Part shown: piece by piece, positions 27,601 to 38,898 of the stretch | Layout of the letters: each line of letters begins with the position of its first letter | Position numbering within the stretch: position 1 is the stretch's first letter | DNA from: Tubulanus polymorphus | Taxonomy: Eukaryota; Animalia; Nemertea | Direction: 5' to 3' | NCBI RefSeq assembly: GCF_964204645.1 | Contig: NC_134029.1 | Location: 21,384,950-21,448,949 of the forward strand | Length of the DNA: 64,000 bases | Notes under the pieces: model-generated | Seen by the model: the letters and a program-made list of their open reading frames with translations, nothing else | Told to the model about the DNA's origin: nothing | The model's database searches: none | Made by a program: the position numbers and the translations under genes

Positions 27601-29183
27601 ACAGACGCCGTCTGCGCCGTGCGACGATAGGTGGCGCTTGAACGTGCGCGCGTGATGGAAGACCTCGTCGCACGCTCGACAACGGTGTTCGACGTATTTA
27701 CGTTTCGTCGTTATCGCGGCGACGCGAACTTTTTTCGCGGAAGCGCTTTTCGAATACGAAGCGATATTTTCGTCGGTTTCGGAAACGATTTGAATTCTTC
27801 GCGATTTTCTCTTCAGTTTCAATTTTATCGGTTGAACGATATCCGGCGGTTCGGAATTTTTGACGTCGCAATTTTCGGATCGAGCATCCGTTCCATTACC
27901 GTGTTCAACCTTATCGGAAGGCGCCGAATTTCCGCCGATATATTTTCTATGTATATTTTTATTAGCACCTTTAAGACTTTTTCTCGTTTTCGGCGGTTCA
28001 GCATCGGAACTCGCCTCATCAGGTGAATCGACGTAATTAATGGCTTTTTTCGACCGCGTAGATCGCGTATTCATCGATTCGGGCGACTTTCGCGATTTTC
28101 GTTTATTTCTTTTAGGTTGATTTTTCACATTTTCTGTATCAGCAGTAGAATTAGTATCATCGATATACAACGGACCCAGCAATAACTCATCAGTGGCAGG
28201 TACAGCGGTTGCCCGTGTTGCAGGTACAGCGGTTGCCTCTGTAGCAGGCACAGCAGACGCCTCTATAATGAATGAATCGGTATCACCCTCAGCATCCTCC
28301 AGCTGTTGTTCATACGTTTCCGAACTCATAAAATCTATGAGGTTCTCGATCAAACTTTTCAAAGCTTCAATCGAATGCCTGCGTTCGTCATCATCCATTT
28401 CCTTGAACATAATTTGCAACTCATCAATCTGAAAAAATAAATGAATCGTGATTACTAATTAGATAATAATTCAATATCTAATAATATTCTATCATTTAAT
28501 TAATTCTTTTTAGAGGGTTAAGGGGTTGTTTTAAAGCTAGGGTTAGTGCTATATGAAGTAGGCCTACATTCAGTAAAATTCAACGAGCCTCGGTGGTCTA
28601 GTGGAATGACGCTACACTAGCAATATACTGGTCCGGGTTCATTATTGCTCTATTTGTTCTATTTTCTTTATCGCTGTTTTCAACTATTTTCTTGAATTTT
28701 CTAATAAGTTGCACACCTCAGTGCGCATGAGCAGTGTAAATTGGCCAATCAGAATGAGTTATCAGCAAAAAAGTGTTAACAGAAATAATGCCGCTTCAGC
28801 GAAATATCATCTGCCTTTTATTTCATCAATAATTTATCAATAAATTTTTCGGAATATTTACACTTGAGCCCAGTACCAAATTCCATTTTTCTAAAAAAAA
28901 TATAGGCCCTACAATATGTTTTTTATATAACTAAAGGTCTAAACCATGCTAGCCCTATCTATTTATCACTGACAAATTGGCTCATATTCTTTAATGCAAA
29001 TAATTTGATTTCCTGGAATTTTTCATGCATGGATGAATAAATGAAGTTTCAAAGTTAAGCGGGGTAGGAACGCTGCTGGCGAGAAGAGGATATCGCTGGG
29101 ATTGATAACCAGGATGAACGACGAACCTTCTGGAAAAAAGACTTCAATTTCGGCTTGAATTTTGTGCCCCAAAATTCAGCCAT
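24496..29183 (-). CDS. Multi-C2H2 zinc-finger protein (~980 aa, ~14 fingers) with C-terminal polyQ/polyH low-complexity tail
   Basis: Exons 29183-29127 (MAEFWGTKFKPKLKSFFQK, least certain), 28428-27021, 26396-26240, 25816-24496. Phases 0/1/2 join in frame (IHS|GERPVKCEIC; AYFR|KYALQRHMKTH). Repeated CxxC-x12-HxxxH fingers with HSGERP/HTDERP-type linkers. Confidence 0.9.
24510..24970 (-). repeat. Coding (CAG)n and (CAT)n trinucleotide tracts
   Basis: Several (CTG)n runs on the + strand encode Q6-Q13 tracts and His-rich runs. Confidence 0.9.
26518..26643 (+). repeat. Dispersed repeat copy 2 with inverted ends
   Basis: Ends TTAATGAGCAAAAGCCACAG ... CTGTGAGTTTTGCTCATTAA; core shared with 21374-21455. 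Confidence 0.75.
26864..26992. mobile_element. MITE-like foldback element
   Basis: CTGGACCCAGTT...AAGTTGGT..AACCAGTGGATA pairs with TATCCACTGGTTTAACCAACTT...AACTAGTCCCAG. Confidence 0.65.
28192..28264 (-). repeat. 24-bp coding tandem repeat (x3) in zinc-finger gene
   Basis: Encodes EASAVPAT-EATAVPAT-RATAVPAT. Confidence 0.8.
28587..28650 (+). mobile_element. Degenerate tRNA-derived SINE head or tRNA pseudogene fragment
   Basis: Pol III A-box-like TGGTCTAGTGG followed at tRNA spacing by a decayed B-box (GGGTTCATT); no intact cloverleaf. Confidence 0.45.
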
Positions 29184-29464
29184 CGTGGTCAAAACAGGTG
29201 TTAAACTGTAGGGAACTTATTGAAGTGTATTCGTAACATATTTCGTACGCATATCACCGGCCGCTTTTACAATTTTTGGACGTAAATTGACACGACTTCA
29301 TCGTGGATTTTTGCACATCGGGAACCGCTAAACGTATGCAACAACCTTGACTTTTTATGAGCATTCCCTAATTCGCGGACACAGCTTTGGACTCGGATTC
29401 GACCCTTACGGAACTAAACCGGGGTGCCTCCGGTGATCACTGCATCGTAGACATAAATCGTTGG

Positions 29465-29764
29465 TGGTTTAAGATTTTACAATCGGATTGGCTCATACCA
29501 ACGTGGTTTGTGAAACTAAACCAGGCGGGGCAGTTTACAGACCAAGTAAACCTAAAATCCTGTTACAGATGTTCTCACACAAAAAAATCTTGACCAGCAT
29601 CGTTAGACGATAACTTATAGGCATTGATTAGCTCCTAACTGAAAATACGATCCATTCTCCATAGTCAGTAACCTGTCTGTGGTTTAGTTTCACGATCGGA
29701 TATTTTCACAAATCACATATACCGTTGGTGGGTATAAGCCCATCCGATTATAAAAAGCTTACCA
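29465..29764. mobile_element. Diverged ~300-bp foldback (MITE-like) element
   Basis: AATCGGATTGGCTCATACC...GTGAAACTAAACCA pairs with TGGTTTAGTTTCAC...GGTATAAGCCCATCCGATT. Confidence 0.6.
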
Positions 29765-30665
29765 GCAACAATTAGGTAACTAACTACATTCTCCATTGAT
29801 GTTGCTCACTGTAGACCATTTGCTTCGAAAGCTACTTTGCTCCCAAAATTAACAAGCAAATCAACTCCAAATTGCAAATAAATAAGTGAATTTTTATTTC
29901 GCAATCTCAAAAAAGATGTACAAAAATATTTACATATAACACAATCTAACTGGGGTAATTATCAATTAATAATAAACAATGACATGCTTCTGATTAATAT
30001 AAGTTAAAGCAGTTAAAATTATTCTTGCAGTGTTGGGATGACATGTTTCTTAAATCTAAGTGAGTGAGAAATTAAGATTAACATAATAGAAAGCAAATGC
30101 AGTCGTAGTTGTGAAAAGAGGAAAAAGAAAAAAAAGAGCCTGAAAAAACTGGAAAAAAGAAAAACACAGAAAAAAAAGTCTTCGATTAACCATTCTTTAC
30201 ACTCAGAATAAGTACTTGTAAGTTCTCGACAGAAGTTTGTTCAATTTCTTTATAACATCGATATTGGATTTACGTCTCGGGTATACCAGCTACATACCCA
30301 CACAATGGAAGCTAAATTCATATTTCTAAGAACCAAAATACGGCGTCATATTTCTAGGGGGGGCTCCTGAATTTTCGGGAAAACTAATTGTGGCACAAAC
30401 ATACAGTTCATAACGACTAACATATAAAATACATTTCTAACCCTAGAAAGAGGACATTTACGTTGATAAATTTTGTAGAGCGTGTAGCCTTTCGGCCAAC
30501 CCCGGGAAAACTGGTAAATTCAAAACATAAATATCATAACCCGAATACCAAGTACCAAATTACATCCGATACCACTTGAATATATTACACATATCTTTGT
30601 TCTGTTGAAATATAATTGAACTACTTGAATACAATATTAGACTGAAACGGATGAAATTTAAGCCA

Positions 30666-30957
30666 CGTTCATTTGGCAGAGGAGTCGATTCAAGTCAGCT
30701 TGGTCTGTCATTTGGCAGAGAACAAGTCGACTTGGTCAACTTTGTCTGTCATTTATATGGCAGAGAACAAGTCGACTTTGTCAACTTGGTCTGTCGTTCA
30801 TTTGGCAGAATGAGCAGACTTGGTCAACTTGGTCTGTCGTTCATTTGGCAGAATGAGGGGACTTGAGTTAACTTGGAGTGTCGTTCATTTGGTAAAGAAC
30901 AAGTCGACTTGGTCAACTTGGTCTCTCACTCATTTGGCAGATGAAGTTGACTGACTC
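30666..30957. repeat. Minisatellite, ~41-45-bp unit, ~6.5 copies, in presumed ZDHHC 3'UTR
   Basis: Unit consensus TC(GTTC)ATTTGGCAGAGAACAAGTCGACTTGGTCAACTTGGTCTG; unit lengths are not consistently multiples of 3. Confidence 0.9.
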
Positions 30958-31163
30958 AAATGGCTCTAACGGGAGCAGCAGTTGACTCGGTCAGCCAAAC
31001 GAACGTGGCTATCGCAATAATAATCGCCAGTATGATACGACACAATCTGATAACACCATTCAACAAACCCTGCTTCCTTTTCTCACAACACAACACAAAC
31101 TTTTCAGGAGAGAATTCACGTCAGTCTATTTCACCAGTACTATAAAAGCTGGACAGCAGCGTA

Positions 31164-34100
31164 TCACAAATGATCATCTTGCGTATTTGCACCTTCGTTC
31201 GCAAATGATAACTTGGCAGGAGCTGAAATGAAAAATAACGGTTGTGAATCGATGAAGAACGAGCGCGAGAAACATTCGTTGGTGGAACCTCATTATAGAA
31301 GAGACCTGATGATAATTCATCAATTATTGCAAACCTAGATTTTCATCCGAAATTTAGATAATTTCTTACAGGGTATAACGAACATATTTTCTGGTGTCCT
31401 GGTTCGTCGTTATGAGGTCCCACTATACTGACTAGTCTGCATGGCCAATTCAATGAATATGATTACATACACCAATTATTACTTGGTATTTGGGAATGGT
31501 TACTAACTAATTCCGCCAAATTTCATTTGGTTGAATTACCAACTTGATTGATCGCAAATAGAGATGGGTCTACTCTATTCATAAACCGTAGCTCAGGAAT
31601 TGTTAAACAATGACTGTGAAGCATAAACATCTTTGAAACAGCCACCATAGATTTCCAGCTTGAGCTTAAGACCAGGCAGTTAAACCCTTACCTGCATCAT
31701 CATCAGCCTCCTCAGCCCAACGCTGTCGTTGAGCCAGGAGGTTATCGGTGTCTATATCTTCATTTCTAGTCGGGTACGTGACGCCATCACCGAGACTAAA
31801 ACATAGAATACGAAGACAAAATAGTTTAAAGACAGAGTAAGACACCGGCTCAATTTGTTCCCAGCTTTTTAGCGACATGTAGAATTGACATACATATCTG
31901 AAACGAGCCGCATACTAAGATATACATAAAACTAAGCAGCTACATTAGACTATACAATCATTGTTACTTCCATTGAAAATACATGTATTTTTGTTGCTAT
32001 ATGCAAGTGGTGGTTCCCCAGTCAACCCCGCAATAATGTTGTATCCCTCAACTCAGCTATCAACCTACGGGCTATAAATAAATACCAAAGCATGGGATTT
32101 CTGCAAAGCACGATATGAATCCCATCATTACTTATTGTTTTTATAGACTAAATTACAAATTTCTCGACAGAAAATGGAAGTAACAATAAGTCTTCTTCAA
32201 GCTATATGACACATGATAATAACTCTATTTCAGCAACTCATAATGCGACAAGAAAATCGATTACTGAAGCTGAAAAACACACGGACAAAAAGCCAACTAC
32301 AATCAAAACATAGTACATGATGACTAACTTTAATTTTGACATTTATAATAGTAGATGCTGATCAACGCATGCAGCTCGACCTGTTATCAACTAAATACTT
32401 ATCGCTTTCAATTTATCGAAAAATGTTTCTCGTAGTATGTAAACACGGGTGATTCGAATCAAATCATACGAAACGCAGAAACCAACACCATTTAATAACG
32501 CAAAGTGAAAGGCGGTGCTGGGAGGGATAATACACAAATCAATAGTCTTATTTACCTCTACACCAAAGATGTGAAAGAACTTATTACCAGAAAAGATCAG
32601 AGACAAAATATGCAAGACACACGTTAAATATGCTTTCATAATTCTAACATAAATGTTTAGTTTTAGTAACGTTTCTTATCATTTGTTAGTTTGTGCTTAA
32701 CAGCTAGTTCTTCCTGCCGGATGTCTTATGAGTTACTGGTTATTGCACTTAAAAACCGTCGCAAATATTCCTACAATTTTTTTGTTTACCGATGACAAAC
32801 TTAAAGTTAGATCACATGTACCTGTTTTGAGTCGGTAAAGTCGATTCCATAGAATTGTAGTTACTGTGCACACCGCGAGTGGAGTACGAGACCCCATCAC
32901 CAACACTGTAACCGAAACAAAACATAAAAGCACCGTTCAAAATATAACCGATAATTCGCAATCCACGTGCTTTCCTAGGTGCCTCTTGAATGTATAAGGA
33001 AGGTTCGAGTAGAATAATTTTTGAGGGGATAAAATGTTTTCGTATCTCAATACAAACCTGCTTGATATAAGTCGATTTTATCGATATATGTAACATCAAA
33101 AATCCAAAACCTATCCTCATTATGTATTTTTGGTTGTCTAAATAAGTAAACCTGTGCACGGGGTAAGATGGGGTCCAAATATCCGGGGTAAGTGGTGCGC
33201 AAATATCAAACACAAATGATACAGTAAACCTCACCTTACTCAGGCAAGGCTTAGTCGGACTTTTGACAAACTCGGACAAAAGCGGAATCGTATTTGTGCG
33301 AGTTAGACGAGGTTTACTGTACGATCCTAATCCACTTTTCATGTTGTCTAATAAATAAGTTGTAACAGATATTCTGAGTTGCAAAACTTCCAAACATGCT
33401 TTTTAGGTGCTACCATAAATTAAACAAACTGTATTTTAAGTAGTATGCGCTTTGCTTGTTTATGAAGTCTGCAGGAATAATCTTAAAAATATTTACGATG
33501 ATGATGATGATGATGATGACGATGATAATAGTGATAATGATGATAAATCACAGACAACAATGCCGCAATACTAACAAGGTCTATATGAGAATGACCCTTT
33601 AAAAGTGAAGGATGAGACTACACCATAAAACCTGCGACAGATTAACATTGAAATGGAGTCCTTGAATGATTGTGAAATTATATGGATTTACGTCAGAAAA
33701 CATGGGAGTCTGTTTATCAATGAATACACCATATCTTTCATCAATTAGAGATCTCAGGTTTTATTTAAAGTAAGCAGTCATCATCCTCAGCAGGGCTTCT
33801 TAATCGTCTAAACATTCTAATCGAAACGTGACGAAAACAAAGTGAGATTTCCATTACAGACATATTACACTTACGATGTGGCGATTGGCAGAAACCAAAT
33901 TTTCTTGTTGTCTCCGAATATTTCTTGGAAATTGGCCCCTTTCCCTAAGTTGAAACCATTCTTATCGGGTCCCGTGCGGAACATAGGAGCCCTAAATGAT
34001 TCTGCAATAAACAACAGCAGGAATGTTATACAATGGCAGCCAATTTTCATACCATTCTTAGAAATGTTCTGAAAGAATAAACTTTATATAAAGCCCAACG

Positions 34101-36685
34101 AAAACAATACATGGAAGAAACAAACAATGCAGGGAAACAAGAGAGTAGCCAGAAACATGTTTCAAAACATTTCCTCTCAGTGTCATATGTGCATTTACGA
34201 GAAACATAGTTTTGGGTAAGAAAATTTGCGAGGTCAAATTTTTTTCATTCAGTATTTTTCTGAGTTTCCCTGTGTCAAGCTTGCGTTAAGCTTAAAGTGC
34301 AAGTAAATGAAAATCATGACAAAACTGATTCCCATCCAGTCCGCACTTCTTATAGATTATAGACATTACCTAATGTTGATCGATTGAGTGTAGTGAGATA
34401 ACAGTGGTATCCGAACAATGATATCAAACTAATGGAAAACATCACAGCAGCGAAAAATAAAAACAAAATGTGGAACTTTTCCAGATGATCCTTCAAACCA
34501 AACTGCAATGACAAAGGACCGATAATCTTTATTGGATGACCAGTTCCTATATACCGATATATTTATCAGAATGAATGGGTAAACTCACCTGCCAGAATTC
34601 TATGAAGTATTTTAGTGATGTACAGCTGACAAATAAACAGTAAATGAACGAATAGCCCAAAAACAGCACGAAAAACTTGTAGTTGGTAAAACATACGCAG
34701 TTATTCACCCTGAAATGATAAGTATGTCAAGTGATTTTTAAAGTTTGATTTCAGAATTTCATCATGGCTTGGCACTAGATTTCACATTTCTGAAACTAAT
34801 ACAAATGAAATCTTACCATGGACAGTGGTGATCCATTTTCAACACACATCTTGAGAAATAGACAAGAAAAACACTCAAAATCAAGCAGAAATTGATGGAA
34901 ATACAGCATTTGGTCTGTTATAATGCCACTGTTGGGACCAATGAAAAACACGGCGTTAAAACCAATAAAAAATACATGGTATTTTCATTGAATTTGAGTT
35001 AGATGGAGCAAAGTTGTTTTCCATTAAATGCTGGCATCAAGCGAGTAATTGAAAAGGATGGTATTATAACGGACTTTGACTGTAATTGGAATAAATTCTG
35101 TTTGTAATAAATCTCAGGTTTGGTTGTCGGACTAGTACTTACACTCCACATACAGAGCAATGATGCGCACGATCTGGTTTCAAACATTTACACTTCTCAC
35201 AATATCTATAAGCTGAAAAATGCAAAATCATCATACTAAAAGCAGCTTTCATTTTCCCTGTGAAATGTCAGAAACAAGATCTAAGTATCGAATATAATCA
35301 AGTTACATAAATTGTCATATTATCTGAAGACAATAGATAAGAAGCCTGGGTCCAGTTTCATGAAAAAGTTTAAGTTTGAAATGTTGCAATTTAAGTTAAC
35401 TTTTTCATGAAACTGGGCATTGGTCGGATATCAAAAGCCGATTATCGTTTATCAAAAATATGACTATAAGTTCCATTTGGCTAGACTGAGATTGTCAATG
35501 ATTTACCTCCTGTTATAGTCCGACACTGAATTGGTAAATTTCGACCGTATTTTGCTAGTATACTACGTTGGTTGTCATCGCTTTCCTCATTGTCAAATTT
35601 CTCGGCGTCTTCCGGAGACAAGAAGAACTGAAATATGGAAAAGATACGCATAAATATTTCTACGTAGACGACAGCATTCGTTGATAAACTCTCTTTTAAA
35701 CTGTATTCACCGACCTGCCGAGGTACTGTGCCGATTTTGGTAAATATAGCTTTTCCGTAAGACCAGAAAAACATGAACAACAAAGGATGGTAGACCAGTA
35801 AATATAGCACTGAAAGGTTAGAACATAATAAAATTGAATATCTGAAAAACAAACAAATCATATAAAGCTAACACAATGCCTTGTTCCGTTTATTACAGAT
35901 ATGCCCTTTTTCTAGGCCCTTGAATTTGTAAAAGTTGTTTCGTCTATTTGATTAGAATTTTTTTCCTTTCCAGGGCATCCACCCCCAACTATTGGTACAG
36001 GGTTAAGACTCAGCGATGTGCTATCAATTATGTAGGACAGGTCGGCAAATTGGTAAATCTTATACATACAATCTACAAATATCTTTATAAATATATGATT
36101 ACTATCACTATTAACACAAAAGCAAGTTAGAATTTTTAGTGGACATTACACCATTGTCACCATGGTTACAATGCAATTGTCACTAGCCTAGGGCATTTAT
36201 TTATCCACCGATTTGTACTCCTTAACCTTGAGAAAGTGATCCCAAGTCTTGAGACATACCCACACTATTACAATTACTTACCCTTTTCTACTGTGTTAGG
36301 TACAGTTTCTGAAAAATAAAATAGTTCAAAGTGAAAATACAAAAAACCAACAACACTAACAGCTCAAGTCCAAGATACCACTACTCAATAGTGGTACTCT
36401 ATTCAGAGAAAGTCAAGTGGGAAGCGGAGTGAGTAATCTAGGAGCTAGTTTAACTAAAGTTGGAGCCTGAATAAGCAATAAAAGACTACTCGTCCCGCCC
36501 GCATCATCGGGATCAGCAGGACAGAAAATGAGATTTTTTACGGCAAAAAAGCCGAACCTATAATACTCACTTATACACAGTACTACGACATAAGCATAAT
36601 ACGACCATAGAACAACCGCAGTTATAAATACCACTGGAAACCATTTGATTACACCCAAACATCCCCGGACAATCTGTGGTGCCAT
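31164..36685 (-). CDS. ZDHHC2: DHHC palmitoyltransferase of the ZDHHC2/15/20 subfamily (~362 aa)
   Basis: Exons 36685-36571, 36308-36282, 35809-35715, 35627-35507, 35212-35143 ([19 protein letters not shown]), 34849-34817 ([11 protein letters not shown]), 34709-34589, 34502-34370 (NRSTLE, TTxE-type), 34001-33875 (SFRAP...NFQEIFG..W.LP), 32905-32822, 31795-31692, 31222-31164. All phases are consistent. The N-terminus [21 protein letters not shown] is typical of the subfamily; the symbol stands for the subfamily, not a 1:1 ortholog. Confidence 0.93.
33222..33319. mobile_element. Tc1/mariner-pogo type MITE (CAGTAAACCTC TIR, TA flanks)
   Basis: TA|CAGTAAACCTC ... GAGGTTTACTG|TA; relatives at 63443-63551 and 61807-61913. 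Confidence 0.7.
33497..33545. repeat. (GAT)n microsatellite
   Basis: Imperfect GAT run read directly. Confidence 0.85.
35346..35418. mobile_element. Short MITE-like foldback
   Basis: 19-bp perfect inverted repeat CCAGTTTCATGAAAAAGTT (35352-35370) / AACTTTTTCATGAAACTGG (35398-35416). Confidence 0.65.
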
Positions 36686-38898
36686 TTTAATTACGAATTC
36701 TCATTATTACATTTATTTTGACAGCGAAACCATTGTGCGCATACACTGATGACGTGGTACGCAAATTCATGCGGCTCTCTGAATACACAGGCAAGAAGAA
36801 TTTAGTATTAGTAGTAGTGGGGCTGCTCCATTCGGGTCTCTGAATACTCACTCAAGAATTTGTCTGGAGATGGGACTGCTCCAAGCTGGCATGAAATGGA
36901 AACCGCGGTTATAATTATAACCGCCTTCAATTTGCTCACTTTCCTGCTGCTGAAGAATTCTATAAACCCAATTTAAAAAAAGAACTCAAAATATGAATGA
37001 ATGAAGATTTTATTATGAAGAGATACCTTGTGAAGCCAGCATTCAATTAATTGTATAAACAATTCTGTACGAGTACATTTTTTCATCATGATTAAATATA
37101 TTTAACCTATCTCTTCATCGTTTATAACCCTAGACACAATTGTCAAACTCATTTACATTAAGTTTACAAGAATCCATACTAGCAAAAACAGTCTTATTTT
37201 ATATAAATACCAGTATGATATCAAAATGTAATCACTTGCCCTATGCCTGAACAGGGGAATATACCAACTCCCTAAACGTCTACTACGATAAATATATTTA
37301 CTTATTAGAAAATGAGATTTGTACCGTTTTTGCTACTATGGATTTTTAACTATTTGAACGCTCATTCGCAAGATGTCATTAAATTCTTGAGTTTTTTATC
37401 AATTATGTGCTAAGACTTTGCAGTGATTATTTGAATCAAACCCATGAAAACTCGAGAAACAAGATCGACCAGATCTATTATGATTATAACTAGCTAATAT
37501 ACCGTTGTATTTTTGCTAGAAATGAATCAACGAAAAATCTCGAGTTTTGCGAAAGAATTCTTTTTAGGGTTTTCATATTAACGGATAATTAAGTTACGGT
37601 ATTCATTGATGATTACACTTATTCATTATTTCTTAAGAACAACGATATTTACAATCATTACACGTAATATTTGAATCAATCATGACAAATAAATTATAAG
37701 AATCTCCCGTCATATACATCACCATCCTGTACAAATCGCGCGATGCCGATATACCGTGTATGTCATAATTCTCAAAAGTGTTCTATTTCATGAACGAAGC
37801 AGCACATTATTATTGCAGGCATGAAATGCAAAAAATATCATTTTCGCCGAATTTTGACACATCATTCAGTAAATAATCACTCCTTATAAATATCTAATGA
37901 ATCGCCCCATTAACAACTATGTACCTTTCATGGTCTAAAAGTTTCAGTATAAAAGAATGGTGTCTATTTCTAGTTTAAGATTAACCGGAGTAATATCCAT
38001 AACCGCAATAAGATCAGGAAAACTAAGTTTAAAATAGACATTTTCATTAGCATTTTAAACAGCTGAAAAAAAATTAAGACAGACACCTCAGGATATCATT
38101 ACAAGAGGGCAAATACAGAATGATTTTAGGGGCATGACCAGATCACTTCTACAGCTTTACCAGACTTTATCAGACAACTATTGTACATAATGAATATACC
38201 GGTAACAGATCCATCGTCTAACCGGTACATAAACCTAAACATAAATTACTTAATAGGTCAGCGAGTAAAACAAAATTAACTTCTAAAACGTAATTGATTT
38301 GACCTAAATAAAAAAATCGAATTGCTCAGGATCTTCACGGGTTAAAACATTCCTCGATATCAATCTTACATAATATATTTAATAAATAGGTAGATATTAA
38401 ACACGTTAAAACTTTATTACTGACGAGACGTGCCATTAGTTTTTACGTTCCACGAGTTTTCGGAGAGTTGTTACGAACACGATTACAATTACACGTAGTA
38501 CATAGATAGTGAAACGATGTTTATGCCAAAAGCCATGAATCTATTCGTAAAGCTGGTTTGGCACCGATAAATGATGAAGACTCTGGTTTATTCAATATCT
38601 TTCACTTTTAGATAATTAGTAAACTATATTTATCACACTTTGTTATGCTTACTATCATAAATATTGATAACTGTCATATTTCCAATAGAAAACAAATATC
38701 ACATATTATTCTATTTAAAGAGAGTTGAATCTCCACAAATTCGGTCGTTCAAAAAATTGAATTAACATCGTTCCCATTCCACAAAAATCCTTTGTTTCCT
38801 CTTCTGTCCAGATGATAATCATCGACAGCGCAACGAATGAGGAGATCGCACGCAAATAAAATTGTCTAGTTCAGCCCTCATTGGGGGCAATATTAGCA

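Noticed and set aside
30651-30866. ORF MKFKPRSFGRGVDSSQLGLSFGREQVD... resembling a repetitive neuropeptide precursor (SFGR repeats)
   Set aside because: No signal peptide, unit lengths break the frame, and it lies antisense within the presumed ZDHHC 3'UTR. Worth revisiting only if + strand spliced transcripts are found.
30666-30957. CRISPR-like appearance of the repeat array
   Set aside because: Eukaryotic context, no unique spacers of CRISPR length (units are adjacent diverged copies) and no cas genes; it is a minisatellite.
32555-32580. Possible microexon in the ZDHHC intron between the duplicated exons
   Set aside because: Weak AAG acceptor and an in-frame TAG; too speculative.
32812-33393. 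193-aa minus-strand ORF
   Set aside because: Only the last ~28 codons are the ZDHHC cassette exon; the rest is intron containing a MITE.
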